Counted from the first letter of the stretch, positions 47,461 through 58,088 are shown. The stretch is DNA of 64,000 bases from Deltaproteobacteria bacterium (GCA_030262895.1 JAJSZW010000001.1:16360-80359), one strand, 5' to 3'. Made by a program: numbers and translations. The notes: generated by a model not told the origin, from the sequence alone.

Positions 47461-50175
47461 TTAATTATAATTGTCGCTCATATTGCGCAGAACGTAAGCC
47501 AGTATCCCGCCATGCCTGTAGTAACTGAGTTCTATTGGAGAATCAATTCTTGCAATGACCCGGAATTCAGTTTTTTTGCCGTCTTTTCCTTGAGCAAAAA
47601 CACTGAGTTCCTTCAACGGCTCAAATTTATTTTCTATTCCAGCTACTTCATAAATCTCTGTTCCATCCAGACCCAGGGATTTATGGTTTTCACCCTGTTT
47701 GAACTGGAGCGGCAGGATTCCCATACATATTAGGTTGCTTCTGTGTATGCGTTCAAAACTTTCAGCAATTACCGCCTTTATACCTATGAGATATGTTCCC
47801 TTGGCGGCCCAGTCGCGTGAACTGCCGGTACCATAATTTTTTCCTGCAATTACAAGCAATGGCGTAGCTTCTTTTTGGTATTGCATTGCCGCTTCATATA
47901 TTGTCATTTTTTGTCCATCTGGTAAAAAAACCGTCCAGCCGCCGTCAATGCCGGGTACAAGCTTATTTTTTAAGCGGATGTTTCCAAATGTTCCTCTCAG
48001 CATTACTTCATGATTCCCGCGGCGTGAACCAAACGAATTAAACTCAGAAGGAGTTAAACCCTGGTCGATAAGATATGCCCCTGCCGGGCTGTCAACCGGA
48101 ATTACCCCTGCCGGCGATATGTGATCGGTTGTTATGCTATCGCCCAGCAATGCCAGAATCCTGGCTCTTTTTATATCCTGAAGTTCAGGAATTGTTTTGT
48201 TTATGTCTTTTAAAAAAGGGGGTTCTTTGATGTATGTGGATTTTGAGTCCCAATTAAAGAGTGTTCCTTCAGGAACAGGGAGAGTTTTCCATTGATTTGA
48301 TCCTTCAAACGCATTTTCATAAGCTTTTTTATACATTTCAGGACGTATAACTCTTTTCACGGTGTTTTTAATTTCTTCTGTGGATGGCCAGATTTCACGA
48401 AGATATACAGGCTTGTCGTTGTTATCCAATGCAATTGGTTCTTTATCAAAATCAATATTTATCTTTCCGGAAATTGCAAAAGCAATGACTAATGCCGGTG
48501 AAGCGAGGAAATTCGCTCTGGTAAGAGGAGAAATTCTTCCTTCAAAATTGCGGTTGCCGCTGACAACAGATGCTGCCACAAGGTCATGGTCTTTTACCGC
48601 ATCAGCTACCGCCTTTGGCAGAGGGCCGCTGTTTCCAATACAGGTAGCACATCCATATGCCACAAGATGGAACTTTAAAGCCTCAAGATACGGCATAAGC
48701 TCTGCTGCTTTTAGATAATTGATTGCAGCTTTTGATCCTGGAGCAAAGCTGGTTTTGACCCATGGTTTTACTGATAGTCCCCGTTCAACGGCTTTTTTGG
48801 CCAGCAGTCCTGCGCCGATCAGGACATTTGGATTTGATGTATTGGTACAGCTTGTGATTGATGCAATTACAACTGATCCGTGGCTGATCTTAAATTTTTC
48901 GCCATGCATATCTATATCAATTTCATTTTTTATACTAACTTCTGTAGATGGTCCGTCAGTTGAAGACGCATCCTTAAAGTCATTTAAAAAAGTTTTTTTG
49001 ATTTTAGAGAGAGGAATTCTTTCTTGTGGACGTCTTGGGCCTGCCATGCTCGGCTCTATGTCGCTCATGTCGAGTTGTATTGTATCGTTAAAAAGCGGAT
49101 CTTCCGTTGTTTTTGTTCTGAAAAGCCCCTGTTCTTTACAATAGCTTTCTATCAGGGTAATAACTTTTTCAGAGCGACCGGTTAAACGAAGGTATTTTAT
49201 TGTTTCATCATCCACAGGGAAAAAACCCATTGTTGCACCATATTCAGGAGCCATATTTGCTATAGTAGCACGATCTTCCAAGCTTAAGGCATTAACGCCG
49301 GGTCCAAAGAATTCAACAAATTTTCCAACCACTCCTTTTTTTCGCAGTAACTCGGTAATGGTGAGCACCAGATCTGTGGCTGTTGTTCCTTCAGGTAGTT
49401 CGCCGGTTAATTGAAAACCTGTCACTTGTGGCGTAAGCAGGTAATATGGACTGCCCAGCATAACAGCTTCCGCCTCTATACCTCCGACGCCCCAGCCGAC
49501 CACACCGATTCCATTGATCATTGTTGTATGTGAATCAAGGCCGACAAGGGTGTCAGGGAAAGCCATCCTCTGGCCGTCATTATTTTTGACAAATATAACT
49601 CTTGCAAGATATTCCAGGTTTACCTGGTGTATTATACCCGTGGCTGGAGGTACGACGCTTAAATTTTCGAAATTTTTCTGGCCCCATCGCAAAAAGGTGT
49701 ATCGCTCAAAATTACGTTTGAATTCTTTTTTAACATTATATTCAAAAGATTCTTTGGACCCAAAAGAATCAACCTGAACCGAATGGTCTATGACCAGCTC
49801 AACAGGAATATGAGGATTTATCTTTATTGGATTTATCTGCAAACGTTTTGCAGCTTCACGCATACCAGCCATATCCACTAAAGAGGGGACTCCGGTAAAA
49901 TCCTGCAACAGTATGCGGGCAGGCATAAAAGGCACTTCATGATATACCGGGGCATCAGCTTTCCATCCGGCCATATTTTCTATATCGCTTTTTTTTATAA
50001 TATTACTGTCTTCATTTCTAACAAGGTTTTCAAGCAAGATTTTTATGCTAAAGGGCAATCGGTCAATTCCAGTAAAACCGGAATCCGCTAATTTGCTGAG
50101 ACTGAAATAATTAACTTGACCATCTGAAGTGTTTAAGGTGGATTTTGTTCCAAAACTGTTCTTGAAATCAGCCAT
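47461..50175 (-). CDS. acnA: Aconitate hydratase A
   Basis: QDFTGVP, DHSVQVD, DSHTT, SCTNTSN, GCATCIGNSG, TTDHISPAG, GSSRDWAAKG. Confidence 0.95.
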   Translation of the reverse strand: MADFKNSFGTKSTLNTSDGQVNYFSLSKLADSGFTGIDRLPFSIKILLENLVRNEDSNIIKKSDIENMAGWKADAPVYHEVPFMPARILLQDFTGVPSLVDMAGMREAAKRLQINPIKINPHIPVELVIDHSVQVDSFGSKESFEYNVKKEFKRNFERYTFLRWGQKNFENLSVVPPATGIIHQVNLEYLARVIFVKNNDGQRMAFPDTLVGLDSHTTMINGIGVVGWGVGGIEAEAVMLGSPYYLLTPQVTGFQLTGELPEGTTATDLVLTITELLRKKGVVGKFVEFFGPGVNALSLEDRATIANMAPEYGATMGFFPVDDETIKYLRLTGRSEKVITLIESYCKEQGLFRTKTTEDPLFNDTIQLDMSDIEPSMAGPRRPQERIPLSKIKKTFLNDFKDASSTDGPSTEVSIKNEIDIDMHGEKFKISHGSVVIASITSCTNTSNPNVLIGAGLLAKKAVERGLSVKPWVKTSFAPGSKAAINYLKAAELMPYLEALKFHLVAYGCATCIGNSGPLPKAVADAVKDHDLVAASVVSGNRNFEGRISPLTRANFLASPALVIAFAISGKINIDFDKEPIALDNNDKPVYLREIWPSTEEIKNTVKRVIRPEMYKKAYENAFEGSNQWKTLPVPEGTLFNWDSKSTYIKEPPFLKDINKTIPELQDIKRARILALLGDSITTDHISPAGVIPVDSPAGAYLIDQGLTPSEFNSFGSRRGNHEVMLRGTFGNIRLKNKLVPGIDGGWTVFLPDGQKMTIYEAAMQYQKEATPLLVIAGKNYGTGSSRDWAAKGTYLIGIKAVIAESFERIHRSNLICMGILPLQFKQGENHKSLGLDGTEIYEVAGIENKFEPLKELSVFAQGKDGKKTEFRVIARIDSPIELSYYRHGGILAYVLRNMSDNYN

Positions 50176-50306
50176 ATGACCTCCGAACTCTGCTAAGTTA
50201 GTAACACTTTAGCTTTTTTACAAAAAAAGACTCTAAAAAACATAAAAAAATTAACTTTACAACCTTTTGTTATTAAATTTAGTAATTGCTTATCATTTTT
50301 TTATTC

Positions 50307-50335
50307 TTGACAAGATGCAGTAATTTGTTTATAAG
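50307..50335 (+). promoter_or_regulatory. Sigma-70-like promoter upstream of dsrT
   Basis: TTGACA-17 bp-TATAAG. Confidence 0.55.
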
Positions 50336-50460
50336 ATAAAAGTTAAAAGCTTGATACATATGTTTTACTGCTTGTTTTTGTTATTAATTTGTTTGAGTGT
50401 CATCAAGTTGGCGTAGGAGTCACTTTTTTATAAATACGATTTTAGGAGTGTGCCCGAGAT

Positions 50461-50991
50461 ATGAGGCTGAATAATTTATTAGAGCGAAATAAAGATGGTA
50501 TTGTAAAACAATGGCTGGTCTCAGCTATTGATAACTATCCTGCCGACAGTGCCAAATTTATGAAGAGCCAGAAAGATCCTTTTGCCAATCCGGTTGGAAA
50601 TACTCTTTCTGTAAATTTAGGGCCGCTTTTCGACGAACTTCTTAATGAAATGGATTATGAATCCATAACATCTTATCTTTATCCTATTTTAAGAATCAGA
50701 GCTGTACAGCCCATTTTATCCACTTCACAATCAACCGGCTTTATCTTTTTGTTAAAAAAGGTTATCAGAGAGGTTTTAAAAAAAGAACTTTCAGATTCTG
50801 ATATTTCAAAAGAGTTGTTACATTTTGAATCAAAGATAGATGAACTAACTTTAATTGCCTTTGATGTTTATCTAAAATGCAGGGAGAAGGTTTATGATAT
50901 AAAGGCAAAAGAGGAGAGAAACAGAACCTTCCGCGCATTTGAGAGGGCGGGTTTGTTAACTGAGATTCCGGCAGATGGACCGAGTCTCTGA
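50461..50991 (+). CDS. dsrT: RsbRD-N-like protein preceding dsrMKJOP (DsrT)
   Basis: KDPFANPVG, IRAVQ, AFDVYLKCRE; characteristic position. Confidence 0.75.
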   Translation: MRLNNLLERNKDGIVKQWLVSAIDNYPADSAKFMKSQKDPFANPVGNTLSVNLGPLFDELLNEMDYESITSYLYPILRIRAVQPILSTSQSTGFIFLLKKVIREVLKKELSDSDISKELLHFESKIDELTLIAFDVYLKCREKVYDIKAKEERNRTFRAFERAGLLTEIPADGPSL

Positions 50992-51075
50992 AGATTCAAA
51001 TATTACTATGGAGGCTTCAGGCAGCAAGTAAAAGGTTGTTCAAAATAAGTTTGAAAGTTGCTGTGAAGCCATAGA

Positions 51076-51217
51076 GAGACCTTTGAAAAATGTTCAATTT
51101 TGTTCAAGTTCAAGGAAGGCGAAAATTTTAAATGTAGGAATACATTGAGTATTTCGAGGCTTAAAATTTGAGACTGACGCTGAAATTGGGCAAAAGGGGG
51201 CGTATTGCAAAGGTTTC
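51076..51217. mobile_element. MITE with GAGACC termini (copy 2)
   Basis: Co-linear with 14297-14461 but lacking a ~23-nt insert; lies between dsrT and dsrM. Confidence 0.78.
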
Positions 51218-51236
51218 GTAGAGCGAGGTAATGTTA

Positions 51237-52238
51237 ATGAATGAAAAGTATTTGTATTCCCTCATGGCAGTTATTGCTCTTTTTCTGGTTGCCTATGCGG
51301 GCGTTGAAGCGATAGGGCTTCAGTGGCTATTCGGGATCATTATTCCCTACCTGGCCTTGATTACATTTATTGTGGGATTTGTGATGCGAGTTAATGACTG
51401 GGCGCGTTCTCCAGTTCCATTTGCTATTCCCACAACATGCGGTCAGCAAGAATCACTTCCATGGATTAAACCCAGTAAGATTGATAATCCATTTTCAACA
51501 GGCGGCGTTATAATAAGGATGGCCCTGGAAATATTGTTATTCCGTTCCTTATTCAGGAATACAACATGCAAAATAAACGAAGGGCCAGTGATTTCTTATG
51601 TATGGGAAAAGTGGCTGTGGTTGTTTTCACTGGCGTTTCACTATTCATTCCTTGTAGTGCTGGTGAGACATCTGCGTTTTTTTCTTGAGCCCGTTCCTGT
51701 GTGTTTTCAAATTCTTGATAAGATTGACGGGTTTCTCCAGATCGGGCTGCCTGGTGTCATGATTTCCGGTGTGGTTCTTCTGGCGGCGGCAATGTTTTTG
51801 CTTCTCAGGAGAATAATAATCTCACAGGTAAGATATTTTTCACTTGCCGCAGACTTTTTTCCCTTATTCCTCATTATCGGTATCGCCGTATCCGGAATTA
51901 TGATGCGATATTTTACAAAGGTAGATATCGTTGGCGTTAAAGAGCTGACAATGGGTCTGGTAACATTTCATCCACACATTCCGGATGGGATTGGTGCCAT
52001 TTTTTATGTTCATGTATTTTTTGTCAGTGTTCTGCTGGCATATTTTCCTTTCAGTAAACTAATGCATTTAGGTGGGGTATTCCTGAGTCCGACGAGAAAT
52101 CTCCGTTGTAACACCAGGGCTCATAGACACATAAATCCTTGGAATCCAAAAGTTAAGGTTCATACATATGCAGAGTATGAAGATGATTTTAGGGAAAAAA
52201 TGATAGAAGCTGGACTCCCAGTGGAAAAGGAGTTATAA
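51237..52238 (+). CDS. dsrM: DsrM membrane cytochrome b subunit
   Basis: IPTTCGQQ, FHY, RHLR, PFSKLMH, NPWNP, YEDDFR. Confidence 0.93.
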   Translation: MNEKYLYSLMAVIALFLVAYAGVEAIGLQWLFGIIIPYLALITFIVGFVMRVNDWARSPVPFAIPTTCGQQESLPWIKPSKIDNPFSTGGVIIRMALEILLFRSLFRNTTCKINEGPVISYVWEKWLWLFSLAFHYSFLVVLVRHLRFFLEPVPVCFQILDKIDGFLQIGLPGVMISGVVLLAAAMFLLLRRIIISQVRYFSLAADFFPLFLIIGIAVSGIMMRYFTKVDIVGVKELTMGLVTFHPHIPDGIGAIFYVHVFFVSVLLAYFPFSKLMHLGGVFLSPTRNLRCNTRAHRHINPWNPKVKVHTYAEYEDDFREKMIEAGLPVEKEL

Positions 52239-53899
52239 TGGCAGATTTAAAACCAGATGAACTAATTGCAAGGACAGATTTTACTCCGCCCAGAACAGGG
52301 TGGATGGACACCCCCACTGTAATTAGAGAGGGGATGTTTTGCTATGCTGCTAAACCTAAGAGCGTTGAAACACTTGGCCTTCCATATCCAAGAGAATGGA
52401 ATCCGCTTCATGATGACTGGAAACTTCCCGAAAATTGGAAAGAAATCATTATAGAGGGGATGAAGGACAGGCTGGAAAGGTTTAGAACATTTAAAATTTT
52501 CATGGACATTTGTGTGCGTTGCGGTGCCTGCGCTGACAAATGTCATTTTTTTATCGGAACAGGCGATCCCAAAAACATGCCTGTTGTTCGAGCAGAGCTT
52601 CTCAGGTCGATATACAGAAATGAATTTACCAAGGCCGGCAAAATACTTGGCAGGCTGGCCGGAGCAAGGGAGCTTACTTTGGATGTTCTGAAAGAGTGGT
52701 GGTATTATTTCTTTCAGTGCAGTGAATGCAGGCGATGTTCGGTATTCTGCCCTTATGGTATTGATACGGCAGAAATCACAATGATGGGCAGAGAGTTGCT
52801 TAATCTCTTGGGCTTAAACATAGACTGGATCGCAACCCCGGTAGCAAATTGCTACATGACAGGAAATCACATGGGAATCCAGCCGCAAGCATTTGTAGAT
52901 ATGCTGGATTTTTTTGCTGATGAAATTGAAGACACAACCGGCGTAAGGGTTCACCCGACATACAACAAGAAAGGTGCAGATATCCTGTTTACAACTCCTT
53001 CCGGCGATGTATTCGGCGATCCAGGCACATATACTGCTATGGGGTATATGATACTTTTCCATTATTTAAAGGAGAAATACGGGCTCGATGTTACATGGAG
53101 TACGTTTAATTCTGAAGGTGGAAATTTTGGCCTTTTTACCTCGAACGAGGTAATGAAAAGGTTGAATATAAAAATGTATGCCGAGGCAAAAAGGCTTGGT
53201 GTTAAATGGATTCTTGGCGGTGAATGCGGTCACATGTGGCGGGCGATAAACCAGTATATGGATACCATGAACGGTCCTGCTGATTTCCTTGAAGAACCGG
53301 TTAATCCAATAACAGGCACTAAGTTTGAGAATGCAAAATCCACAAAAATGGTACATATTGTTGAATTTACTGCCGATCTGATCAAACACAACAAGCTGGA
53401 ACTTGATCCCAGCCGAAATGATAATTTAAAGGTTACTTTTCATGATTCATGCAACCCAGCCAGGGGTATGGGAATGTTTGATGAACCACGGTATGTAATC
53501 AAGAATGTATGTAATAATTTTTATGAGATGCCGAGGAATTGTATTCGGGAACAAACTTTTTGTTGTGGAAGTGGATCAGGGCTTAATGCAAGTGAAGATA
53601 TGGAATTGAGGTTGTCCGGTGGATTGCCCAGGGCAAATGCAGTAAAATATGTTCAAGAAAAACACGGGGTTAATATGCTGGCCTGTATTTGTGCAATTGA
53701 CAGGGCGGTTCTTCCACCGTTAATGGGGTACTGGGTTCCCGAAGTAGATGTTACCGGCATTCACGAGTTAGTAACTAATGCCTTGATAATACCCGGTGAA
53801 CAGGAAAAAACAGTGAACTTGCGTGGAGAAGATATTCTTAATAAGGATGAGGTTGGTCCTGATGAATATTATACACGCCCTGATTTTTCCGGCCGGTAG
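52238..53899 (+). CDS. dsrK: DsrK Fe-S/CCG catalytic subunit
   Basis: CVRCGACADKC, CSECRRCSVFCP, GECGH, HDSCN, CCG. Confidence 0.95.
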   Translation: MADLKPDELIARTDFTPPRTGWMDTPTVIREGMFCYAAKPKSVETLGLPYPREWNPLHDDWKLPENWKEIIIEGMKDRLERFRTFKIFMDICVRCGACADKCHFFIGTGDPKNMPVVRAELLRSIYRNEFTKAGKILGRLAGARELTLDVLKEWWYYFFQCSECRRCSVFCPYGIDTAEITMMGRELLNLLGLNIDWIATPVANCYMTGNHMGIQPQAFVDMLDFFADEIEDTTGVRVHPTYNKKGADILFTTPSGDVFGDPGTYTAMGYMILFHYLKEKYGLDVTWSTFNSEGGNFGLFTSNEVMKRLNIKMYAEAKRLGVKWILGGECGHMWRAINQYMDTMNGPADFLEEPVNPITGTKFENAKSTKMVHIVEFTADLIKHNKLELDPSRNDNLKVTFHDSCNPARGMGMFDEPRYVIKNVCNNFYEMPRNCIREQTFCCGSGSGLNASEDMELRLSGGLPRANAVKYVQEKHGVNMLACICAIDRAVLPPLMGYWVPEVDVTGIHELVTNALIIPGEQEKTVNLRGEDILNKDEVGPDEYYTRPDFSGR

Positions 53900-53935
53900 T
53901 GGGAACCCGATTTTGAGTAATGTAAGTAATGGGGG

Positions 53936-54355
53936 ATGAAACCTATGTATGATAAAAACAAGATAGTTGCCGGCTTGGTTATTTTTGTTGCAATTGTAAC
54001 ATTGCCTTTTTGGTATAATTTAGGAAAAGCAACTTCCGCACCTGAGCCAAAGTTGTCTGAAAAGGCTAAAGCTGCAAAAGAATGTGTTGTGCCTAAAGTG
54101 GATATGAAATCAGAGCATATGCAGATTCTTGACCTGTGGAGAGATACAGTAGTGCGGGATGCCAACAGGGCTTACAATACCGGCAAAGGTAAGACATTTA
54201 ACATGAGCCTTTCCACTGGAGAAGATTCGTGCATGGGATGTCATGAGAATAAGGCTGAATTTTGTGATAAATGCCATAATTATGCTTCGGTAGACCCTTA
54301 CTGCTGGGATTGCCACATAGCGCCGAAGGAGAAGAAGCCGGAGGAGAATAAGTAA
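53936..54355 (+). CDS. dsrJ: DsrJ triheme cytochrome c
   Basis: CMGCH, CDKCH, CWDCH. Confidence 0.93.
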   Translation: MKPMYDKNKIVAGLVIFVAIVTLPFWYNLGKATSAPEPKLSEKAKAAKECVVPKVDMKSEHMQILDLWRDTVVRDANRAYNTGKGKTFNMSLSTGEDSCMGCHENKAEFCDKCHNYASVDPYCWDCHIAPKEKKPEENK

Positions 54356-55143
54356 TGGGAAACAGCAGAAGAAGCTTTTTGAAAGTAGCTGGAATAACAG
54401 CTTTAGGGATAGGGACAAAGCCGGTTCTTGATGTATTTGCTGCATCAGGAGGACACGGCGCAGAACCCAAACCGGAAGTCTCTCAAAATGAAGAAGCCCT
54501 AACAGCTAAGAGATGGGGAATGGTAATAGACACCAGGAAATTTCATTCAGCAGAGGATCTTGACCCGATTATTGAAGCCTGTCATAAGATCCATAATGTT
54601 CCAGAACTTACAGAGCCAAGACATAAGATTATGTGGCTTTGGGGGGATGAGTATAAACATGTCTTTACTCACAGGGAACATGAATTGATTAATGACAGAA
54701 TTAAACATCTGCCGTTCCTGGTATTATGCAATCACTGCGAAAAACCAGCATGTGTCAGAGCATGCCCTACAAAAGCAACATTTAAAAGGGATGACGGAAT
54801 TGTTTTGATGGACTTTCACCGGTGTATTGGGTGCAGATTCTGCATGGCGGCATGTCCATATGGATCAAGAAGTTTTAACTTCAGAGATCCGCGTCCTTTC
54901 ATCAAAGAGGAAAACAAGGAATTCCCCACGAGGATGAAGGGTGTTGTGGAAAAGTGCAATTTTTGTGCTGAAAGACTGGCTGTCGGCAAAATGCCGGCCT
55001 GCGTTGAGGCATCAAATGGTGCAATAACATTTGGTGATCTTGATGATTCTGAGTCGGAAGTAAGAGAAGTATTAAGAACAAACTACACTATTCGACGTAA
55101 ACCAGACCTTGGTGCTGGGCCGTCTGTTTACTACATAGTATGA
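54355..55143 (+). CDS. dsrO: DsrO periplasmic Fe-S subunit
   Basis: Tat signal SRRSFLK; CNHC..PACV..CP, CIGCRFCMAACP. Confidence 0.93.
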   Translation: MGNSRRSFLKVAGITALGIGTKPVLDVFAASGGHGAEPKPEVSQNEEALTAKRWGMVIDTRKFHSAEDLDPIIEACHKIHNVPELTEPRHKIMWLWGDEYKHVFTHREHELINDRIKHLPFLVLCNHCEKPACVRACPTKATFKRDDGIVLMDFHRCIGCRFCMAACPYGSRSFNFRDPRPFIKEENKEFPTRMKGVVEKCNFCAERLAVGKMPACVEASNGAITFGDLDDSESEVREVLRTNYTIRRKPDLGAGPSVYYIV

Positions 55144-55149
55144 TGTGAG

Positions 55150-56337
55150 GTGGTTATGCTTGAATTAGCTCTTAAAGGAGACAAAAAATACTGGGGATGG
55201 GTAATTGCATTGCTTGCCGTTATAGGTGTAGCCTTTGCTGTTTACCTGAAGCAGCTTGATTTTGGTTTGGGAATTACAGGTATGAGCAGAGATGTTTCCT
55301 GGGGTTTTTACATTGCTCAGTTTACATTTCTTGTCGGAGTAGCTGCAGGGGGTGTTATGGTAGTTCTTCCCAGATATCTGCACGATTATAAAGCATTCGG
55401 CAGAATTACGATTCTGGGAGAGTTTTTGGCTATTGCTGCAGTTGTAATGTGTTTATTGTTTATTATTGCTGACCTTGGGCAGCCGATGCGTGCATTTAAT
55501 GTTATATTGTATCCCACGCCAGGGTCCGTCCTTTTTTGGGATATGATCGTATTAAATGGTTACCTTTTGTTAAATATAGTAATCGGCTGGAATGTTCTTG
55601 AGGCTGAGCGAAACAATATTCATTATGCAAAGTGGGTGAAACCATTGATAATTACATCAATCATATGGGCACCAGCCATACATACGGTTACGGCATTTCT
55701 ATACTGCGGTTTACCTGGAAGAGGATTTTGGATGACTGCTATTCTTGCACCAAGATTTCTTGCCTCGGCTTTTGCTGCCGGTCCTGCATTGTTAATTTTG
55801 CTCTGCCTTATAATCAGAAAGGTTACTAAGTTTGATCCGGGAAGAGAGCAGATTCAATCTTTGGCTAAGATAGTTACTTATGCCATAATTATAAATGTAT
55901 TTTTCTTGCTGTGTGAAGTGTTTGTGGTATTCTACAGTAGAATACCGAGCCATATGTCCCATCTGCAATATCTTTTTGTCGGACTTCACGGGCATGGAGC
56001 TTTAGTTCCATGGATGTGGACATCGATGGCTCTTATGGCGACAAGTATCGTTTTACTGGTAATCCCTGCTGTAAGAAAGAATGAGAGTGTACTTGCTTTT
56101 GCCTGTGTGATTTTGTTCATAGGTACCTGGATTGATAAGGGCATGGGTATGATATCAGGTGGTTTTGTACCCAACCCGCTTCATCATGTTACTGAATATA
56201 TGCCTACGCTACCTGAAATCCTTATCACCCTTGGTGTATATGCAACCGGACTTCTTGTATTAACAATTCTATTCAAGGTCGCTGTGGGCGTTAAGGAAGA
56301 AGTTTCAGGCGTAAAAGATACTTGTGAGAGTTGCTAA
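55150..56337 (+). CDS. dsrP: DsrP NrfD-family membrane subunit
   Basis: GMSRDVSWG, FLVGVAAG, IHTVTAF, WIDKG. Confidence 0.93.
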   Translation: MVMLELALKGDKKYWGWVIALLAVIGVAFAVYLKQLDFGLGITGMSRDVSWGFYIAQFTFLVGVAAGGVMVVLPRYLHDYKAFGRITILGEFLAIAAVVMCLLFIIADLGQPMRAFNVILYPTPGSVLFWDMIVLNGYLLLNIVIGWNVLEAERNNIHYAKWVKPLIITSIIWAPAIHTVTAFLYCGLPGRGFWMTAILAPRFLASAFAAGPALLILLCLIIRKVTKFDPGREQIQSLAKIVTYAIIINVFFLLCEVFVVFYSRIPSHMSHLQYLFVGLHGHGALVPWMWTSMALMATSIVLLVIPAVRKNESVLAFACVILFIGTWIDKGMGMISGGFVPNPLHHVTEYMPTLPEILITLGVYATGLLVLTILFKVAVGVKEEVSGVKDTCESC

Positions 56338-56368
56338 GTATAAGAAATAGAAATAATTATCGCTGATT

Positions 56369-56407
56369 AAAAAAGGGTTTGTTCTATTAATTGGACAAGC
56401 CCTTTTT
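56369..56407. terminator. Terminator after dsrP
   Basis: AAAAAGGGTTTGTTC...GGACAAGCCCTTTTT. Confidence 0.7.
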
Positions 56408-56412
56408 ATTTT

Positions 56413-56584
56413 GTGACTACTCACGTAGTCAGGCTGAAGCTGTTTAGGCTGAAGGCTGAAGGGGTCAAAAAAGCACGATTGCAGTACTTTGGCGGAAATA
56501 TCTGATTCTTGCACCAAACATGGCTTCAAAATGCGCTTTTCCCTAACAGTCTTCAGCCTTCAGCCTATCCACCTGAGTAGTTAC
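56413..56584. repeat. Family-A element (inverted copy of 8044-8207)
   Basis: Same internal sequence with only a few substitutions; ends CCTGAGTAGTTAC. Confidence 0.85.
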
Positions 56585-56594
56585 TTTATTTTAA

Positions 56595-57395
56595 TTATAC
56601 TAGACGAGATTTGCCGCAGAACACATATAAACCGGATTTTTCGGCAAGGCATGCTATTGTAATGTTTAGCTGTGATGCAAGTTTAACGGCATTGGATGTT
56701 GGACGTGATATCGCAAGAATCACAGGGATACCGGCTCTCGCGGCTTTTTGGACAAGTTCGCAATTTATTCGCGAAGAAAGAATTAAAAGAGAGGCTTTGC
56801 AAAGCGTGTTATCGAGAAAAAGCTTGCCTATTGTTTTATCAAGAGCATTATGCCGGCCACCGTCTTCAGAAATAGATAAAAGTTCAAAATCTGAGCTGTA
56901 AAGGGCGGCTGCGTGAGATGAGCGAGTGCTTTTTCGTAAAGGCTGAATAGAGGAAAGATTTTCGAGGCGGTAAAGAGCATTAGAGAAGTCTAATTTAATA
57001 TTATCTTTTTCTACAGGGCAAATGACCTGGAAGTGAGTTCTAATTATATGCGAATAGCTAATATTCGATTCCTTTTGGGATGTTAAAGAAAATTTCTCAA
57101 ACAGTTGAGAAATCTCATTTCTTCTTGATTTATTTAGCAAGAGATTAACTTTATTACCATCTGATTTATTTGAAAAAGATAGTGATTTAATATCGTCCGG
57201 TTTGTCCACAATACCCTCGGAAAGACAAAATCCGACTGCAAGTGGCAGTTCGTCGCCCGGGGTTCGCATTGTAATAGAATATAATCTATCCTGTATAATT
57301 ATTTTAAGAGGTTCTTCACTAATTAGCTTGTGATGGGAAGAAGTGGTTTTGTTTTTATCCATATAGACCGCTGAATGTTTTAAAAAAGTATCCAA
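56595..57395 (-). CDS. fdhD: FdhD-family sulfurtransferase homolog lacking the CGxC motif
   Basis: EEPL, MRTPG, GFCLSEG, HAAAL, ED.GRHNALDK, SSR, ELVQKA. Confidence 0.8.
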   Translation of the reverse strand: MDTFLKHSAVYMDKNKTTSSHHKLISEEPLKIIIQDRLYSITMRTPGDELPLAVGFCLSEGIVDKPDDIKSLSFSNKSDGNKVNLLLNKSRRNEISQLFEKFSLTSQKESNISYSHIIRTHFQVICPVEKDNIKLDFSNALYRLENLSSIQPLRKSTRSSHAAALYSSDFELLSISEDGGRHNALDKTIGKLFLDNTLCKASLLILSSRINCELVQKAARAGIPVILAISRPTSNAVKLASQLNITIACLAEKSGLYVFCGKSRLV

Positions 57396-57617
57396 AATCG
57401 ATCACCTTTTTATGAAAGATAAGTGCATATAAAATGAGGTTCAGGGTCCAAGGTTAGAGAGCAATGAAGAAATCAAGGCAATCAACCGTGAACCCTTGAA
57501 CTGTTATAGTTACTGTTAAATCAAAATGCAAATATATCTTGACAAAAATTATGAATAGAATAATTATTAAAATTTTTAATTTTAAATATTATTGTAGTTT
57601 ATCAGGGAGGATATTTC

Positions 57618-57935
57618 ATGTACGCTGTAGTTTCTTCAGGCGGAAAACAATATAAAGTTCAGAAAGGTGAAATCCTTAGAGTCGAAAAGATCTCAGGGGA
57701 TATTGGCGTTCCTGTTACATTTGACAAAGTCCTCATGTTTTCGGACGGTGAAAATGTTAACATAGGACAGCCTGTTCTTGAAAATGTTTTAGTTAATGGT
57801 CATATAGTTGAACAGGATAAAGCAAAAAAGATTATTGTTTTCAAATACAAAAGGCGCAAAAGATATCGCAGGAAACAGGGACATCGTCAGCAGTATACTG
57901 CTGTCAAAATAGACGATATCTTGCAAAATAGTTAG
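57618..57935 (+). CDS. rplU: 50S ribosomal protein L21
   Basis: MYAVV.SGGKQYKV, FKYKRRK.YRRKQGHRQ. Confidence 0.97.
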   Translation: MYAVVSSGGKQYKVQKGEILRVEKISGDIGVPVTFDKVLMFSDGENVNIGQPVLENVLVNGHIVEQDKAKKIIVFKYKRRKRYRRKQGHRQQYTAVKIDDILQNS

Positions 57936-57942
57936 TTTTATT

Positions 57943-58059
57943 GTAACTACTCAGGCGTTTAGACTGAAGGTTATAGGCTGAAGGAAACAGATGATTCCTG
58001 AGTGTTATTCTCTTTCCTAAAAGTCTTCAGTCTTCAGCCTAACCAACCTGAGTAGTTAC
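57943..58059. repeat. Family-A element between rplU and rpmA
   Basis: Perfect 13-bp ends GTAACTACTCAGG / CCTGAGTAGTTAC; internally deleted relative of 31775-31955. Confidence 0.85.
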
Positions 58060-58088
58060 GTTTTATTTTATATTAAGGAGTTGTAGTA

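Noticed and set aside
8044..58059. Dispersed short repeats considered as a CRISPR array
   Set aside because: There is no regular repeat-spacer periodicity and no cas genes; the repeats are inverted hairpin elements.
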